From: Stenotrophomonas sp.
GTDB taxonomy: Bacteria; Pseudomonadota; Gammaproteobacteria; Xanthomonadales; Xanthomonadaceae
Assembly (NCBI RefSeq): GCF_036662295.1
Contig: NZ_JAVWXA010000002.1
Coordinates: 23,446-87,445, forward strand
Length of the DNA: 64,000 nt
Direction: 5' to 3'
The stretch's first letter is position 1; the number at the start of each line of letters is the position of its first letter. The notes under the pieces were generated by a model. The model searched no databases. It saw only the letters and a list, made by a program, of their open reading frames with translations, and was not told the origin of the DNA. The position numbers and the translations under genes are program-made. Of this stretch, positions 19,673-29,900 are shown one piece after another.

Positions 19673-21757
19673 TTACAGGATGGGCACCAGGCCGGCGCCG
19701 AAGGCGGTCAGCATGCGCACCAGCAGCCACTTGGGGCCGACGTTCACTTCCGGGAAGTCGCCCACGGCCACGTAGCACTTGTGGAAGTCCGCATGCTGGC
19801 GGCGCAGCGGCGCGGGACAGTCCGGCCCGGGCTGGAATTCGTAATCGGTGGCGTAGCGCCACGGCCAGAAATCCAGCACCGGCAGTGCCTCGGAGGCCTT
19901 GCCCACGCTGTAGTTCAGGCCCGACAGCACCGGCGGCTTGGTGCGCGGGGCCACCGTCCAGGAGTTCTGCGGGTGGATGTCGCGCAGGATGCTCTGGGCC
20001 AGCGCCTCGGCAAACACCGGGTCTTCGATGATGACCGCGCCTTCGGTGTTGTAGTTCTCGCTGCGCGGATCGAAGTTGTGCGTGCCGATCACCCCGATGC
20101 GGCGATCCACCACCATCGACTTGGCATGCAGGCCCATGCGCGCGCCGGTGCGGGTGACCGGCAGCGGCTTGTTGACCGCCTTGGTGCCCAGGAACGAGGG
20201 GCGCGTCTCGGCGCGCAGCACGCGCCGTTCCACCACGCTGCCATCGCTGCGGCGGCGTGCGGCCGGGCCGGGCGTGGGCTGGCGGCGGATCGGGGCGGCC
20301 TCGACCGGGGCGGTGGCGGTGGCGTCGGCCGCCGCCGAGGCATCGGCAAGCGGCCGGGGCGACGCGCCGCGACTGCCGCCCCCACGGGCGTTGCTGCCGG
20401 CCGCGCTGCCGCCGATCAGGCTGCTGCGCCTGCCGTCCGACGGCAGCGCCTCGCCCAGCGGGGCCGGCAACAGGTTGCGGTAGTCCACGGGGGCATCCAG
20501 CGGGAACGGCTTGAACTCATACAGGTTGAAGCCCAGCTCGCGCATGTTGCGGCGTTTGTACTTGTAGGACAGCGCGTAGACGATGGGGTTGTCGGTGGCG
20601 GCCAGGCTGTTGGTGGAGACCACGATGCGCGGCGGCTGCTCGCGCTTGCGCAGGGTGCGGAACAAGGTGCGCGCCGGCTTGGACAACACCAGGTAGGGGG
20701 TCTGCAGCAGCACTTCGCGCTGGGCGCTGGCGATCAACGCATCCAGCTGCGGCTCGGTGACGTGCTGGCCATTGGCCGGCTGGCTGGCGCGCTCGCGCCG
20801 GTGCTTGCGCGGCAGGTCGGCCACGTAGCGCACCGCGGCCACCGGCAGGGCGGTGTCCACGAAAGTGCGGGCGATGTAGTCGCCGTCGTCGGCTTCCCCG
20901 CTGACCCGCGCCACGCGCTCGGGGTGGCGGTAGGCGGTCGGCGGCATCTGCGGGGCGCCATGGTCGAGCAGGGTACGGCCGACGTCGTTGAGGCGCTCGG
21001 CCGGGACACTGCGCGGGGCGCGCCAGAAGGCATCGAAGTTGGTGGCCATCTCGCGCACTTCCGGCCCGGCCACCAGCACGTCGCGGTCGCGGAAGTTGTA
21101 CTCGCTGTCCCAGTCGTAATAGTCGTCCTGGTAGTTGCGCCCGCCGACCACGCCCAGCGCGTCGTCGATCACCAGCAGCTTGTTGTGCATGCGCTGGTTG
21201 AAGCGGCGGAAGCAGCACAGCACGCTGCCGGCGTAGTCGAAGTAGTTCAACCGCGCCTTGCCGAAGGTGGGGTTGTAGACGCGCAGCTCGAAGTTCTGGT
21301 GGCTGCTGGCCAGGGCGCCGAGGATCTGCAGGTCGGAGATGGCCGAGAGCTGGTCGATCAGCACCCGCACCTTGACCCCGCGCCGGGCGGCGGCAAGCAG
21401 TTCGTCCAGCACCAGCCGGGCGCTGTCGTCCTTGTCGAAGATGTAGGTCTGCAGGTCGATGCTGCGGGTGGCGCTGCGGATCAGGTTGAGCCGGGCGACC
21501 AGCGAGACCTCGCCCTCGTCGATGATGGTGGCGTAGTGGCGCGGGGCGGCCTCGGTCGATTCGGCGAAGGCCTTGCCGCCCAGGGCGCGCAGCGGCGAGT
21601 CCAGCGCGCAGCGGTCCGGCTGGGTGCAGTCGACCACGGTCGAGCGGGCCTGCGCGGCGATCCCGGCGGCACGCTCGCGCTGGGCGTTGGACAGCGAGGC
21701 ACAGCCACTGCCCAGCAACAGCGTTGCCAGTACCACCAGCCGCATCCAGGGGTTCAC
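19673..21757 (-). CDS. Phospholipase D family lipoprotein (ClsC/cardiolipin synthase-like)
   Basis: Two HKD motifs (RMHNKLLVIDD; GLHAKSMVVD), GGRNY and GTHNFDPRS; lipobox-like LGSGC. Confidence 0.88.
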   Translation of the reverse strand: MNPWMRLVVLATLLLGSGCASLSNAQRERAAGIAAQARSTVVDCTQPDRCALDSPLRALGGKAFAESTEAAPRHYATIIDEGEVSLVARLNLIRSATRSIDLQTYIFDKDDSARLVLDELLAAARRGVKVRVLIDQLSAISDLQILGALASSHQNFELRVYNPTFGKARLNYFDYAGSVLCCFRRFNQRMHNKLLVIDDALGVVGGRNYQDDYYDWDSEYNFRDRDVLVAGPEVREMATNFDAFWRAPRSVPAERLNDVGRTLLDHGAPQMPPTAYRHPERVARVSGEADDGDYIARTFVDTALPVAAVRYVADLPRKHRRERASQPANGQHVTEPQLDALIASAQREVLLQTPYLVLSKPARTLFRTLRKREQPPRIVVSTNSLAATDNPIVYALSYKYKRRNMRELGFNLYEFKPFPLDAPVDYRNLLPAPLGEALPSDGRRSSLIGGSAAGSNARGGGSRGASPRPLADASAAADATATAPVEAAPIRRQPTPGPAARRRSDGSVVERRVLRAETRPSFLGTKAVNKPLPVTRTGARMGLHAKSMVVDRRIGVIGTHNFDPRSENYNTEGAVIIEDPVFAEALAQSILRDIHPQNSWTVAPRTKPPVLSGLNYSVGKASEALPVLDFWPWRYATDYEFQPGPDCPAPLRRQHADFHKCYVAVGDFPEVNVGPKWLLVRMLTAFGAGLVPIL

Positions 21758-22356
21758 GGTTTCGACGCCTCGCTCAGGCGCGCGCGCAATACAAAGGTCA
21801 CTCGATCACTCAATGCTAGCTGCCAGCTGTCCATCCCATACCGGCCACGCTGCACGGTACCTCGGCTGACGACGTCGCAATCATACCCGGCCCGGGGGCA
21901 CTCCGCCGCTTCCACCCGAAGCGTCTCGGGGTGGCTCACCCCACGCAGGATCAGCCGGCCCTGCACGCCGCCGCCCTTGTCCACCACCTCGGGCCAGTAG
22001 GGCACCGAGTCGAACTCGACCACCGGGTAGCGGGCCGAGTCGAAGAACTCCTCCCCGCGCATCCAGCCGGTGTAGCGGCCTTTGCCGGGGATTTCCACAT
22101 AGCGGGTGAACATCCGCAGGTGCACCTGGTGGCGCCCGTCGGAGAGCACCTCGATGCGCCCTTCGAAGCGCGGGAACACGCCTTCGATGCGCTGCCCCAG
22201 CCGGGTGCGGATCTCGAAACCGAAGCGCGAGCGCGCGGTGTCGAATTCCAGCACCTGGCGCGGGGCGGTGGCCGGCGCCGGGGCCGGCGGTTCAGCGCAG
22301 GCCGCGTGGGACGCCAGTGCCAGCAGGCAACCCAGCAGCGTGCGCACTGCCGTCAT
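21754..22356 (-). CDS. YceI-family periplasmic protein
   Basis: Signal peptide; EFFDSARYPVVEFDS, GRLILRGVSHP. Confidence 0.85.
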   Translation of the reverse strand: MTAVRTLLGCLLALASHAACAEPPAPAPATAPRQVLEFDTARSRFGFEIRTRLGQRIEGVFPRFEGRIEVLSDGRHQVHLRMFTRYVEIPGKGRYTGWMRGEEFFDSARYPVVEFDSVPYWPEVVDKGGGVQGRLILRGVSHPETLRVEAAECPRAGYDCDVVSRGTVQRGRYGMDSWQLALSDRVTFVLRARLSEASKP

Positions 22357-22359
22357 GGG

Positions 22360-22836
22360 CTACGGCCACCAGAAGGCGGTCAGGGTGGCCACGCCCGGTT
22401 CGATGCTGGCCTCGCGGTCGATGGACAGCACCGCGATGCCGCCCGGCGGCATGCCGCGGTAGTCGCTGCTGGTGCCCTCGCTCAGCAGTGCCACCAGCTG
22501 CTCCAGGCCGGGGTTGTGCCCGACCACCAGCAGCCGGTCGACATCGCCGCGGGCCTCGATCAGGCCCATCAGGGTGCCCGGGGTGGCCTCGTAGACGGTG
22601 TCTTCCAGCCGCTTTTCCACGAAACCGGTGATACCCAGCACGGCCTCCAGGGTTTCGCGCGTGCGCCGCGAGGGCGAACACAGCACGCAGTCGGGCAACA
22701 GGTTGTTTTCCTTCAACCAGCGGCCGGCCGCTTCCGCTTCGGCCAGGCCGATGGGGGACAGCGGGCGGTCCAGGTCGGCCTGGCCGGTACTGGCGGCTTC
22801 GGCGTGGGCATGGCGCAGCAGGATCAGTTCTCGCAT
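22360..22836 (-). CDS. sixA: Phosphohistidine phosphatase SixA-like
   Basis: LILLRHA, DRPL, CSPSRRTRET, VVGHNPGLE. Confidence 0.88.
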   Translation of the reverse strand: MRELILLRHAHAEAASTGQADLDRPLSPIGLAEAEAAGRWLKENNLLPDCVLCSPSRRTRETLEAVLGITGFVEKRLEDTVYEATPGTLMGLIEARGDVDRLLVVGHNPGLEQLVALLSEGTSSDYRGMPPGGIAVLSIDREASIEPGVATLTAFWWP

Positions 22837-22853
22837 AAAGGCTCTCTTCCGGA

Positions 22854-23486
22854 TCAGGCTTTCTTCAGCCACTTCAACAGTGGCTCCCAGTCACTCTGGT
22901 GCTCGCGCACCTGCGCGGAGCGGTAATCGAACAGGCTGCGTCCCAGCCCGACCATCACCACGTAACTCTGGCTGTCGCGCAGTTGGGCGACAACCTCATA
23001 CGGCCATTCGGCCAGCATCTGGATGGCTTGCTGGGAGGTCTGGGTCCACGGTTTGGTGCGGTTGAGCACCAGCCCCACCGGCAGCGCGCGGCGGTGCACG
23101 CGGGGCACCTTGGACAGGCTGTTGAGGAAGCCGACGATGGCCTCGATGTCCAGCGCCGAGGGCAGCACCGGCACCACCACGGCATCGGCAACCTCCAGGA
23201 AGTGCCCGAGATCGTCGGCCAATGCGCCGGCGGGGGCGTCGATGATGACCGTGTCGGTGCCCTCGGGGACCAGCTTCTCCCAGGCTTTCCTGCGGTAGAC
23301 GTCGATCGGCAGCACGGCGCTTTCCAGGTTCGCCCGGCGCTGTGCCCAGCGGGTGCTGGAGCCCTGCGGGTCGGCGTCGGCCAGCACGGTCCGTTGGCCG
23401 TCCAATGCGGCATGCGCCGCCAGGTGGGTGGCGACGGTGGTCTTGCCCACCCCACCCTTGGAACCGGCTACCAGGATCGTCTTCAT
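22854..23486 (-). CDS. Orphan ParA-family ATPase
   Basis: Deviant Walker [21 protein letters not shown]; no parB nearby. Confidence 0.9.
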   Translation of the reverse strand: MKTILVAGSKGGVGKTTVATHLAAHAALDGQRTVLADADPQGSSTRWAQRRANLESAVLPIDVYRRKAWEKLVPEGTDTVIIDAPAGALADDLGHFLEVADAVVVPVLPSALDIEAIVGFLNSLSKVPRVHRRALPVGLVLNRTKPWTQTSQQAIQMLAEWPYEVVAQLRDSQSYVVMVGLGRSLFDYRSAQVREHQSDWEPLLKWLKKA

Positions 23487-23616
23487 GCCAGCCTCGCTTC
23501 CGGGGAACGTCACCGCAGCGTACACCGCCGTCCGTGACGGAGATAGTCGCGCGGCTGAACCCCTGCGCGGGGCGCCGCTTTGCTATCGTGCGCGATCCAA
23601 AGGATTGCAAGCTGGC

Positions 23617-25101
23617 ATGAGCGAGTTACAGGACCTGAGCGCACTGATCCGCGCCAACACCCCGCTGATCATCATCGAGACCCAGGACGAGGGTCGCATC
23701 GTGGAGCTGTTCCGGCAGACCCTGATGCACGTCTGGCGTGCCCTGCACCGCTGGTCGATCACCGAGGGCCTGCGCCGCATCGACATGGACCGCGAGGATG
23801 ACGCGGTCGGCCCGCCGGACGCCAGCGCGGCGCTGCAGATGATCCGCCAGGCCGAACAGCGCGGGATCTACCTGCTGCTCGATTTCCACCCCTACCTGGG
23901 CTATGCCAGCCACCAGCGCGCGCTGCGCGACCTGGTCCAGCGCCGCCATTGCCAGGCCCACGTGCTGGTGCTGATCGGGGCCAAGGTGGAGCTGCCGGCC
24001 GAGCTGGAGGCGCTGGCCACCCGCTTCAACCCGCGCCTGCCCGACCTCAATGCCCTGCTCAAGATGCTGCGCGAGGAGGCCGAGGCCTATGCCCGCGAGA
24101 ACGGCGGGCGCCGGGTGGAGGTGGACAACGAGGCGGTCAAGAAGATCCTGCACAACCTGCGTGGCCTGAGCATGGTCGATGCGCGGCGGATCGCCCGGCA
24201 GCTGATCTTCGCCGACGGCGCGCTCAGCCAGGACGACCTGCCGCAGCTGGCCCGGCTCAAGTTCGAGCTGCTCAACCGGGCCGGCCACCTGCACTACGAA
24301 TACGACACCACGCGCTTTGCCGACGTGGCAGGCGCCAACCGGCTCAAGCGCTGGGTCAACCAGCGCCGGCCGATCTTCCTGGGCGGCCAGGGCCCGGCCG
24401 GGCTGGACCCGCCCAAGGGCATGCTGCTGCTGGGCGTGCAGGGCTGCGGCAAGTCGATGCTGGCCAAGGCCACCGCGGCCGGCTTCGGCGTGCCGCTGCT
24501 GCGGCTGGATTTCGGCAGCCTGTATGACAAGTACCACGGCGAGACCGAGAAGAACCTGCGCGAGGCGCTGGCCTCGGCCGAACAGCTGGCCCCGTGCGTG
24601 CTCTGGATCGACGAGATCGAGAAGGGGCTGGCCAGTGGCGGCGAGGATGGCGGGGTGTCGCGCCGGGTGCTGGGCCACCTGCTGACCTGGCTGGCCGAGC
24701 GCAAGGGCACGGTGTTCATCGTGGCCACCGCCAACCAGGTGCACGAGCTGCCGGCCGAACTGCTGCGCAAGGGCCGCTTCGACGAGATCTTCTTCGTGGA
24801 CCTGCCCGATGCCAACATCCGCGTCGAACTGCTGCGCCTGCACCTGGGCCGGCGCCAGCTCAACGCCGACGACTTCGCGCTGCCGGCCCTGGCCGCGGCC
24901 AGCGACGGCTTCTCCGGTGCCGAGATCGAGCAGGCGGTGGTGGCCGGGCTGTATGCCGCGCACGCCGAGGGCCGGGTGCTGGACACCGACCTGCTGATGA
25001 CCGAGATCCGCGGCAGCCGGCCGCTGTCGGTGCTGATGGCCGAGCAGGTCAACGCGCTGCGCGAGTGGGCACGCGGGCGCACGGTCAGCGCCGACGAGTA
25101 A
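23617..25101 (+). CDS. AAA+ ATPase (Ycf46-like)
   Basis: GVQGCGKS, LWIDEIEK, ATANQ, LRKGRFDEIFFVDLP. Confidence 0.88.
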   Translation: MSELQDLSALIRANTPLIIIETQDEGRIVELFRQTLMHVWRALHRWSITEGLRRIDMDREDDAVGPPDASAALQMIRQAEQRGIYLLLDFHPYLGYASHQRALRDLVQRRHCQAHVLVLIGAKVELPAELEALATRFNPRLPDLNALLKMLREEAEAYARENGGRRVEVDNEAVKKILHNLRGLSMVDARRIARQLIFADGALSQDDLPQLARLKFELLNRAGHLHYEYDTTRFADVAGANRLKRWVNQRRPIFLGGQGPAGLDPPKGMLLLGVQGCGKSMLAKATAAGFGVPLLRLDFGSLYDKYHGETEKNLREALASAEQLAPCVLWIDEIEKGLASGGEDGGVSRRVLGHLLTWLAERKGTVFIVATANQVHELPAELLRKGRFDEIFFVDLPDANIRVELLRLHLGRRQLNADDFALPALAAASDGFSGAEIEQAVVAGLYAAHAEGRVLDTDLLMTEIRGSRPLSVLMAEQVNALREWARGRTVSADE

Positions 25102-25124
25102 GCCGCCCTCCCCCGCCGACGGAG

Positions 25125-26039
25125 TCAGCCGAGGTGCTGCAGCACCGCGACCCACGCGGGCAGGGTGAGCAGCGACAGCAGGATGCCGTAGCCCACCAGG
25201 GCCGCGGCCAGCCGCGGGGCCAGCCGGTGCGAGATGGCCAGCGCGGCGGCGGTGATCATGGTGGGCATGGCCGATTCGAGCACGTTGACCTGCGCCATCG
25301 TCCCCTGCAGCCCGAACAGCAGGCCGATCGGCAGCGCCAGCGCCGGCATCACCACCAGCTTGAGCAGCAGGCCGATGCCCAGCGGGGCGAGTTCGGCGCG
25401 CGACAGGCGCAGCCGGATCGACAGGCCCACCGCCAGCATCACCAGCGGCAGCATGGCATCGGCCAGTTGGCGCAGCGCGGTGCCGATCCAGTGCGGCGGC
25501 TCGGCCGGCATCAGCACCAGGGCGAACAGCAGCGCCCACAGCGGCGGGAAGCGCGCGATGCGGGCCAGCACCTGGCGCGCGGTGGGTGGGCGATCGCCGC
25601 TGTAGCGGGCGATCACGTACAGCCCGAAGGTGGACAGCAGCACGAAGGTGCCGAACTGGTCGTAGACCACCGCATACGGCAGGGCGGCATCACCCAGCAG
25701 CGCGCGCACCATGGGATAGCCGATGAAGCTGGAGTTGGCCAGCGCCACGCAGATCAGCAGCACCGCGTGCACGTCGCGGGCGAAGCCGAACAGGCGCGTG
25801 GCCAGCCACACCAGCGCGCAGCTGGCGAGCATCAACAGCCACGGCGTGGCCATCAGCCCGACCAGGGCCAGGTCCAGGTGCAGCCGCGGCACGTAGGTGA
25901 GCACCGCCGCCGGCAGGCACACGTACAACACCACGCGGTTGAGCACCTCGGCGCTGTTGTCGGGCAGCGCGCGCAGGCGGGCGAACAGCATGCCCAGGCC
26001 GAGCATGGTCAGGATCAGGGCGAATGCATCGAAAGCCAT
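25125..26039 (-). CDS. AEC (auxin efflux carrier) family transporter
   Basis: Multi-TM; NSSFIGYP, LESAMP motifs. Confidence 0.88.
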   Translation of the reverse strand: MAFDAFALILTMLGLGMLFARLRALPDNSAEVLNRVVLYVCLPAAVLTYVPRLHLDLALVGLMATPWLLMLASCALVWLATRLFGFARDVHAVLLICVALANSSFIGYPMVRALLGDAALPYAVVYDQFGTFVLLSTFGLYVIARYSGDRPPTARQVLARIARFPPLWALLFALVLMPAEPPHWIGTALRQLADAMLPLVMLAVGLSIRLRLSRAELAPLGIGLLLKLVVMPALALPIGLLFGLQGTMAQVNVLESAMPTMITAAALAISHRLAPRLAAALVGYGILLSLLTLPAWVAVLQHLG

Positions 26040-26145
26040 CGCGCCAGCCTAGCCGATGCGCGCGCGGCACCGGCTGCGACCTTGGTCGAAGCCGGCGCAC
26101 ATCAGCGCGTGCGGGGCGCCCCCGGGCCCTCGCCGGCGGCCGCGA

Positions 26146-26796
26146 TCAGGGCCAGGCCGGGGGCTGGGACGCCCAGGCCTGCTGCACCTCGGCCAGGGTG
26201 GCGCGCTCGCTGTCGCGCCAGCTCGGCAACAGCGCGGCGTACCCGCTGCTGCTGCCCCACTGCTGCGGCTCGGTGCGCACCGCGGCGGCATACCAGCGCA
26301 CCGCCTCGTCCTTGCGGCCGAGCGTCCACAGCGCCAGGGCATAGGTGGCCGGCACCCAGGCGGCGTTGCCGCGCACGCCGGCCTGGGCACTGCTCCACTG
26401 CGCCAGGGCCGCGTCCACCTCACCCAGCCGGAACAGATCCCAGCCGTAGTTCCAGCGCACCGTGCGCCCGGTCGCCGTGGTCGCCGCGGCACTGCCGAGG
26501 GCTTCCTCGTACAGGCTGCGGCCCAGCTCCGGCCGGCCCTGGGCGATCGCGACGCCGGCCAGCTGCACGGTGGCATCGAGCGCCCTGCGGCCGCGCTCGC
26601 GCTGCTTCATCAACTGTTCCACCAGGTCGGCGCCATCGCCACTGACCACCACCACCGGTGCGGCGGCCGTGTCCTGGTCGAAATAGAACTCCTGCACGGC
26701 GGGCAGCGGTTGCGCGGCCACCGCGAATACACTCGAACCCACCGTCAATCCAGCCGCCAGCACCACGCCGGCCAGCCTGTGTCTTGCCACTGCCAT
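26146..26796 (-). CDS. Exported TPR-like protein
   Basis: Signal peptide followed by helical repeats (WNYGWDLFRLG, YALALWTLG). Confidence 0.75.
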   Translation of the reverse strand: MAVARHRLAGVVLAAGLTVGSSVFAVAAQPLPAVQEFYFDQDTAAAPVVVVSGDGADLVEQLMKQRERGRRALDATVQLAGVAIAQGRPELGRSLYEEALGSAAATTATGRTVRWNYGWDLFRLGEVDAALAQWSSAQAGVRGNAAWVPATYALALWTLGRKDEAVRWYAAAVRTEPQQWGSSSGYAALLPSWRDSERATLAEVQQAWASQPPAWP

Positions 26797-26956
26797 GCAA
26801 ACTCCCCCAGGTTGTCACAACAACCTCCCGGACCGATCCTAACCCCAGCGTGCGCCCGGAGGCGAGTGCCCGGGGCCATTTCAGTGCCACTGTTACAATC
26901 CGCGCCTTTCCGGCCGTGATCGCTGCGGCCGTGCCAGCCGACTTCCCGGGCCAGCC

Positions 26957-29900
26957 ATGACCAGTACCGCCGAACTCACCTCGCCTGCTTCCGCCAACCG
27001 CCCCGATGCCGGGGGCCTGGACGACAGCTACACGCTGGACCACAAGTACACCCGTACCGATGGCCGCATCTACCTGAGCGGGGTGCAGGCGCTGGTGCGG
27101 CTGCCGTTGATGCAGCGGCTGCGCGACGAGGCGGCCGGGCTGGACACGGCCGGCTTCATCAGCGGCTACCGCGGCAGCCCGCTGGGCGGGTTCGACCTGG
27201 AACTGTGGCGTGCCCGCCAGCACCTGGAGGCGGCGCGGGTGAAGTTCACCCCCGGCCTCAACGAGGACCTGGGCGCGACCATGGTCTGGGGCACCCAGCA
27301 GACCAACCTGTTCCCGGGCGCCAAGGTCCAGGGCGTGTATGGCATGTGGTACGGCAAGGGCCCGGGCGTGGACCGCTGCGGCGACGTGTTCAAGCACGCC
27401 AATGCGGCCGGCACCTCCCCGCACGGCGGCGTGCTGGCGCTGGCCGCCGACGACCACGCCTGCCGCAGCTCCACCCTGCCGCACGGCAGCGAGGATGAAT
27501 TCGTCAGCGCGATGATGCCGGTGCTGAACCCGGCCGGCGTGCAGGACATCCTGGACATGGGCCTGCTCGGCTGGGCGATGAGCCGTTACACCGGGCGCTG
27601 GATCGGCTTCAAGACCATCGCCGAGACCGTGGAATCCTCCGCGTCGGTGCAGGTGGACCCGTTCGCGCGGAAGATCGTGCTGCCGGAAGACTTCGAGATG
27701 CCCGCCGGCGGCCTCAACATCCGCTGGCCGGACCCGCCGCTGGACCAGGAAATGCGCCTGCACCGGTATGCGGTGAAAGCCGCGCAGGCCTTTGCCCGCG
27801 CCAACGGCATCGACCGCGTCGTGATGGATTCCCCGCGCGCGCGGCTGGGCATCGTCACCACCGGCAAGAGCTACCTGGACGTGCTGCAGGCGCTGGAATA
27901 CCTGGGCCTGGACGAGGCCGCGTGCGCGGCCATCGGCATCCGCGTGTACAAGGTCGGCATGAGCTGGCCGCTGGAGCCGGAAGGCATCGCACGCTTCGCC
28001 CAGGGGCTGGAAGACATCGTGGTGGTGGAGGAGAAGCGGGCCTTCATCGAGCGGCAGATGAAGGAGCAGTTCTTCAACTGGCCGGCCAGCTGGGGCCAGC
28101 GCCCGTCCATCGTGGGCAAGTACGACGAAGCCGGCGAGTGGATCCTGCCGTCCACCAACGAACTGACCCCGGCCACCATCGCCGGGGTGATCGGGCGCCG
28201 CATCCAGAAGTTCTTCAACAACGATTCCATCCAGGAACGCCTGCGCTGGATGGACGCCAAGGAAGCCGAGCTTGCGCTGCCGCGCGCCAGTTTCCCGCGC
28301 GTGCCGCACTACTGCTCCGGCTGCCCGCACAACACCTCCACCCGCGTGCCCGAGGGCTCGCGGGCGCTGGGCGGGATCGGTTGCCATTACATGGTGACCT
28401 GGATGGATCGCAGCACCGACACCTTCACCCACATGGGCGGCGAAGGCGTGACGTGGGCCGGGCAGGCGGCCTTCACCGACACCGGGCATGTGTTCCAGAA
28501 CCTGGGCGATGGCACCTATTTCCACAGCGGCTCGCTGGCGATCCGCCAGGCCATCGCCGCCAAGGTCAACATCACCTACAAGATCCTCTACAACGACGCG
28601 GTGGCCATGACCGGTGGCCAGCCGGTGGACGGCACGCTGAGCGTGCCGCAGATCGCCCACCAGATGCGCGCCGAAGGCGTGCAGACCATCGTGCTGGTGA
28701 GCGATGAGATCGGCAAGTGGAACCGTCGCGAGCAGTTCCCCGATGGCGTGGAGTTCTTCGACCGCGCCGAGCTGGACGCGGTGCAGAAGCAGCTGCGCGA
28801 CGTGAAGGGCACCAGCATCCTGATCTACGAACAGACCTGCGCCACCGAGAAGCGCCGCCGCCGCAAGCGCGGCAAGCTGGTCGACCCGCCCAAGCGGGTG
28901 GTGGTCAACTCGCTGGTCTGCGAGGGCTGCGGCGACTGCGGGCAGAAGAGCTTCTGCGTGTCGGTGCTGCCCAAGGAAACCGAGTTCGGGCGCAAGCGCG
29001 ACATCGACCAGTCCAACTGCAACAAGGACTACAGCTGCACCACCGGCTTCTGCCCCAGCTTTGTCACCGTGCACGGCGGCAAGCCGCGCAAGGGCGCGCG
29101 CAGTTCGAAGACGGCGTTGCTGGACAAGCTGCCGGCGCCGACCTTCCGCACCACGCTGGAACAGCCCTGGAACATCCTGATCACCGGCGTCGGCGGCACC
29201 GGCGTGGTGACCATCGGTGCGCTGCTGGGCATGGCCGGGCACCTGGAGGGCAAGGGCGCCAGCGTGCTCGACCAGACCGGGCTGGCCCAGAAGGGCGGCG
29301 CGGTCACCACCCATATCCGCATCGCGCGCACGCCCGAAGACATCCACGCCGTGCGCATCGCCGCCGGCGAAGCCGACCTGGTGGTGGGCTGCGACATGGT
29401 GGTGGTCAACGACTACTGGGCCCTGTCCAAGGTGCGCGCCGAGCGCTCGCAGGTGGTGCTCAACACCTATGAGGCGATGCCGGGCACGTTCACCACCCGG
29501 CCGGACCTGCAGTTCCCGGCGGCGGACATCATCGCCGGCATCCGCGTGGCGCTGGGCGGGCGCGAGCCGCTGCTGCTCGATGCCACCCAGCTGGCCACCG
29601 CGCTGCTGGGCGATGCGATCGCCGCCAACCTGTTCATCCTTGGCTTTGCCTGGCAGCAGGGCCTGGTGCCGATCTCCTTCGAGGCGCTGATGCGCGCGAT
29701 CGAGCTCAACGGGGCGGCGGTGGCGATGAACCAGCAGGCCTTCGCCTGGGGCCGCCTGGCCGCGGTGGACCCGCAGGCCGTGCAGCAGGCCGCCGGCCTG
29801 GTGGCCAACCGCCACACCGATGCCGAGCGCACTCCCGGCCCCCTGCACGACCTGCCGCCCGGCGAGTGGGAAGGCAACGAGTGGGGCGCCAACGCGGCCC

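Noticed and set aside
19673-21757. PLD as a defence nuclease (DrmC/Nuc-type)
   Set aside because: Two HKD motifs plus a lipoprotein signal indicate the ClsC/cardiolipin synthase type
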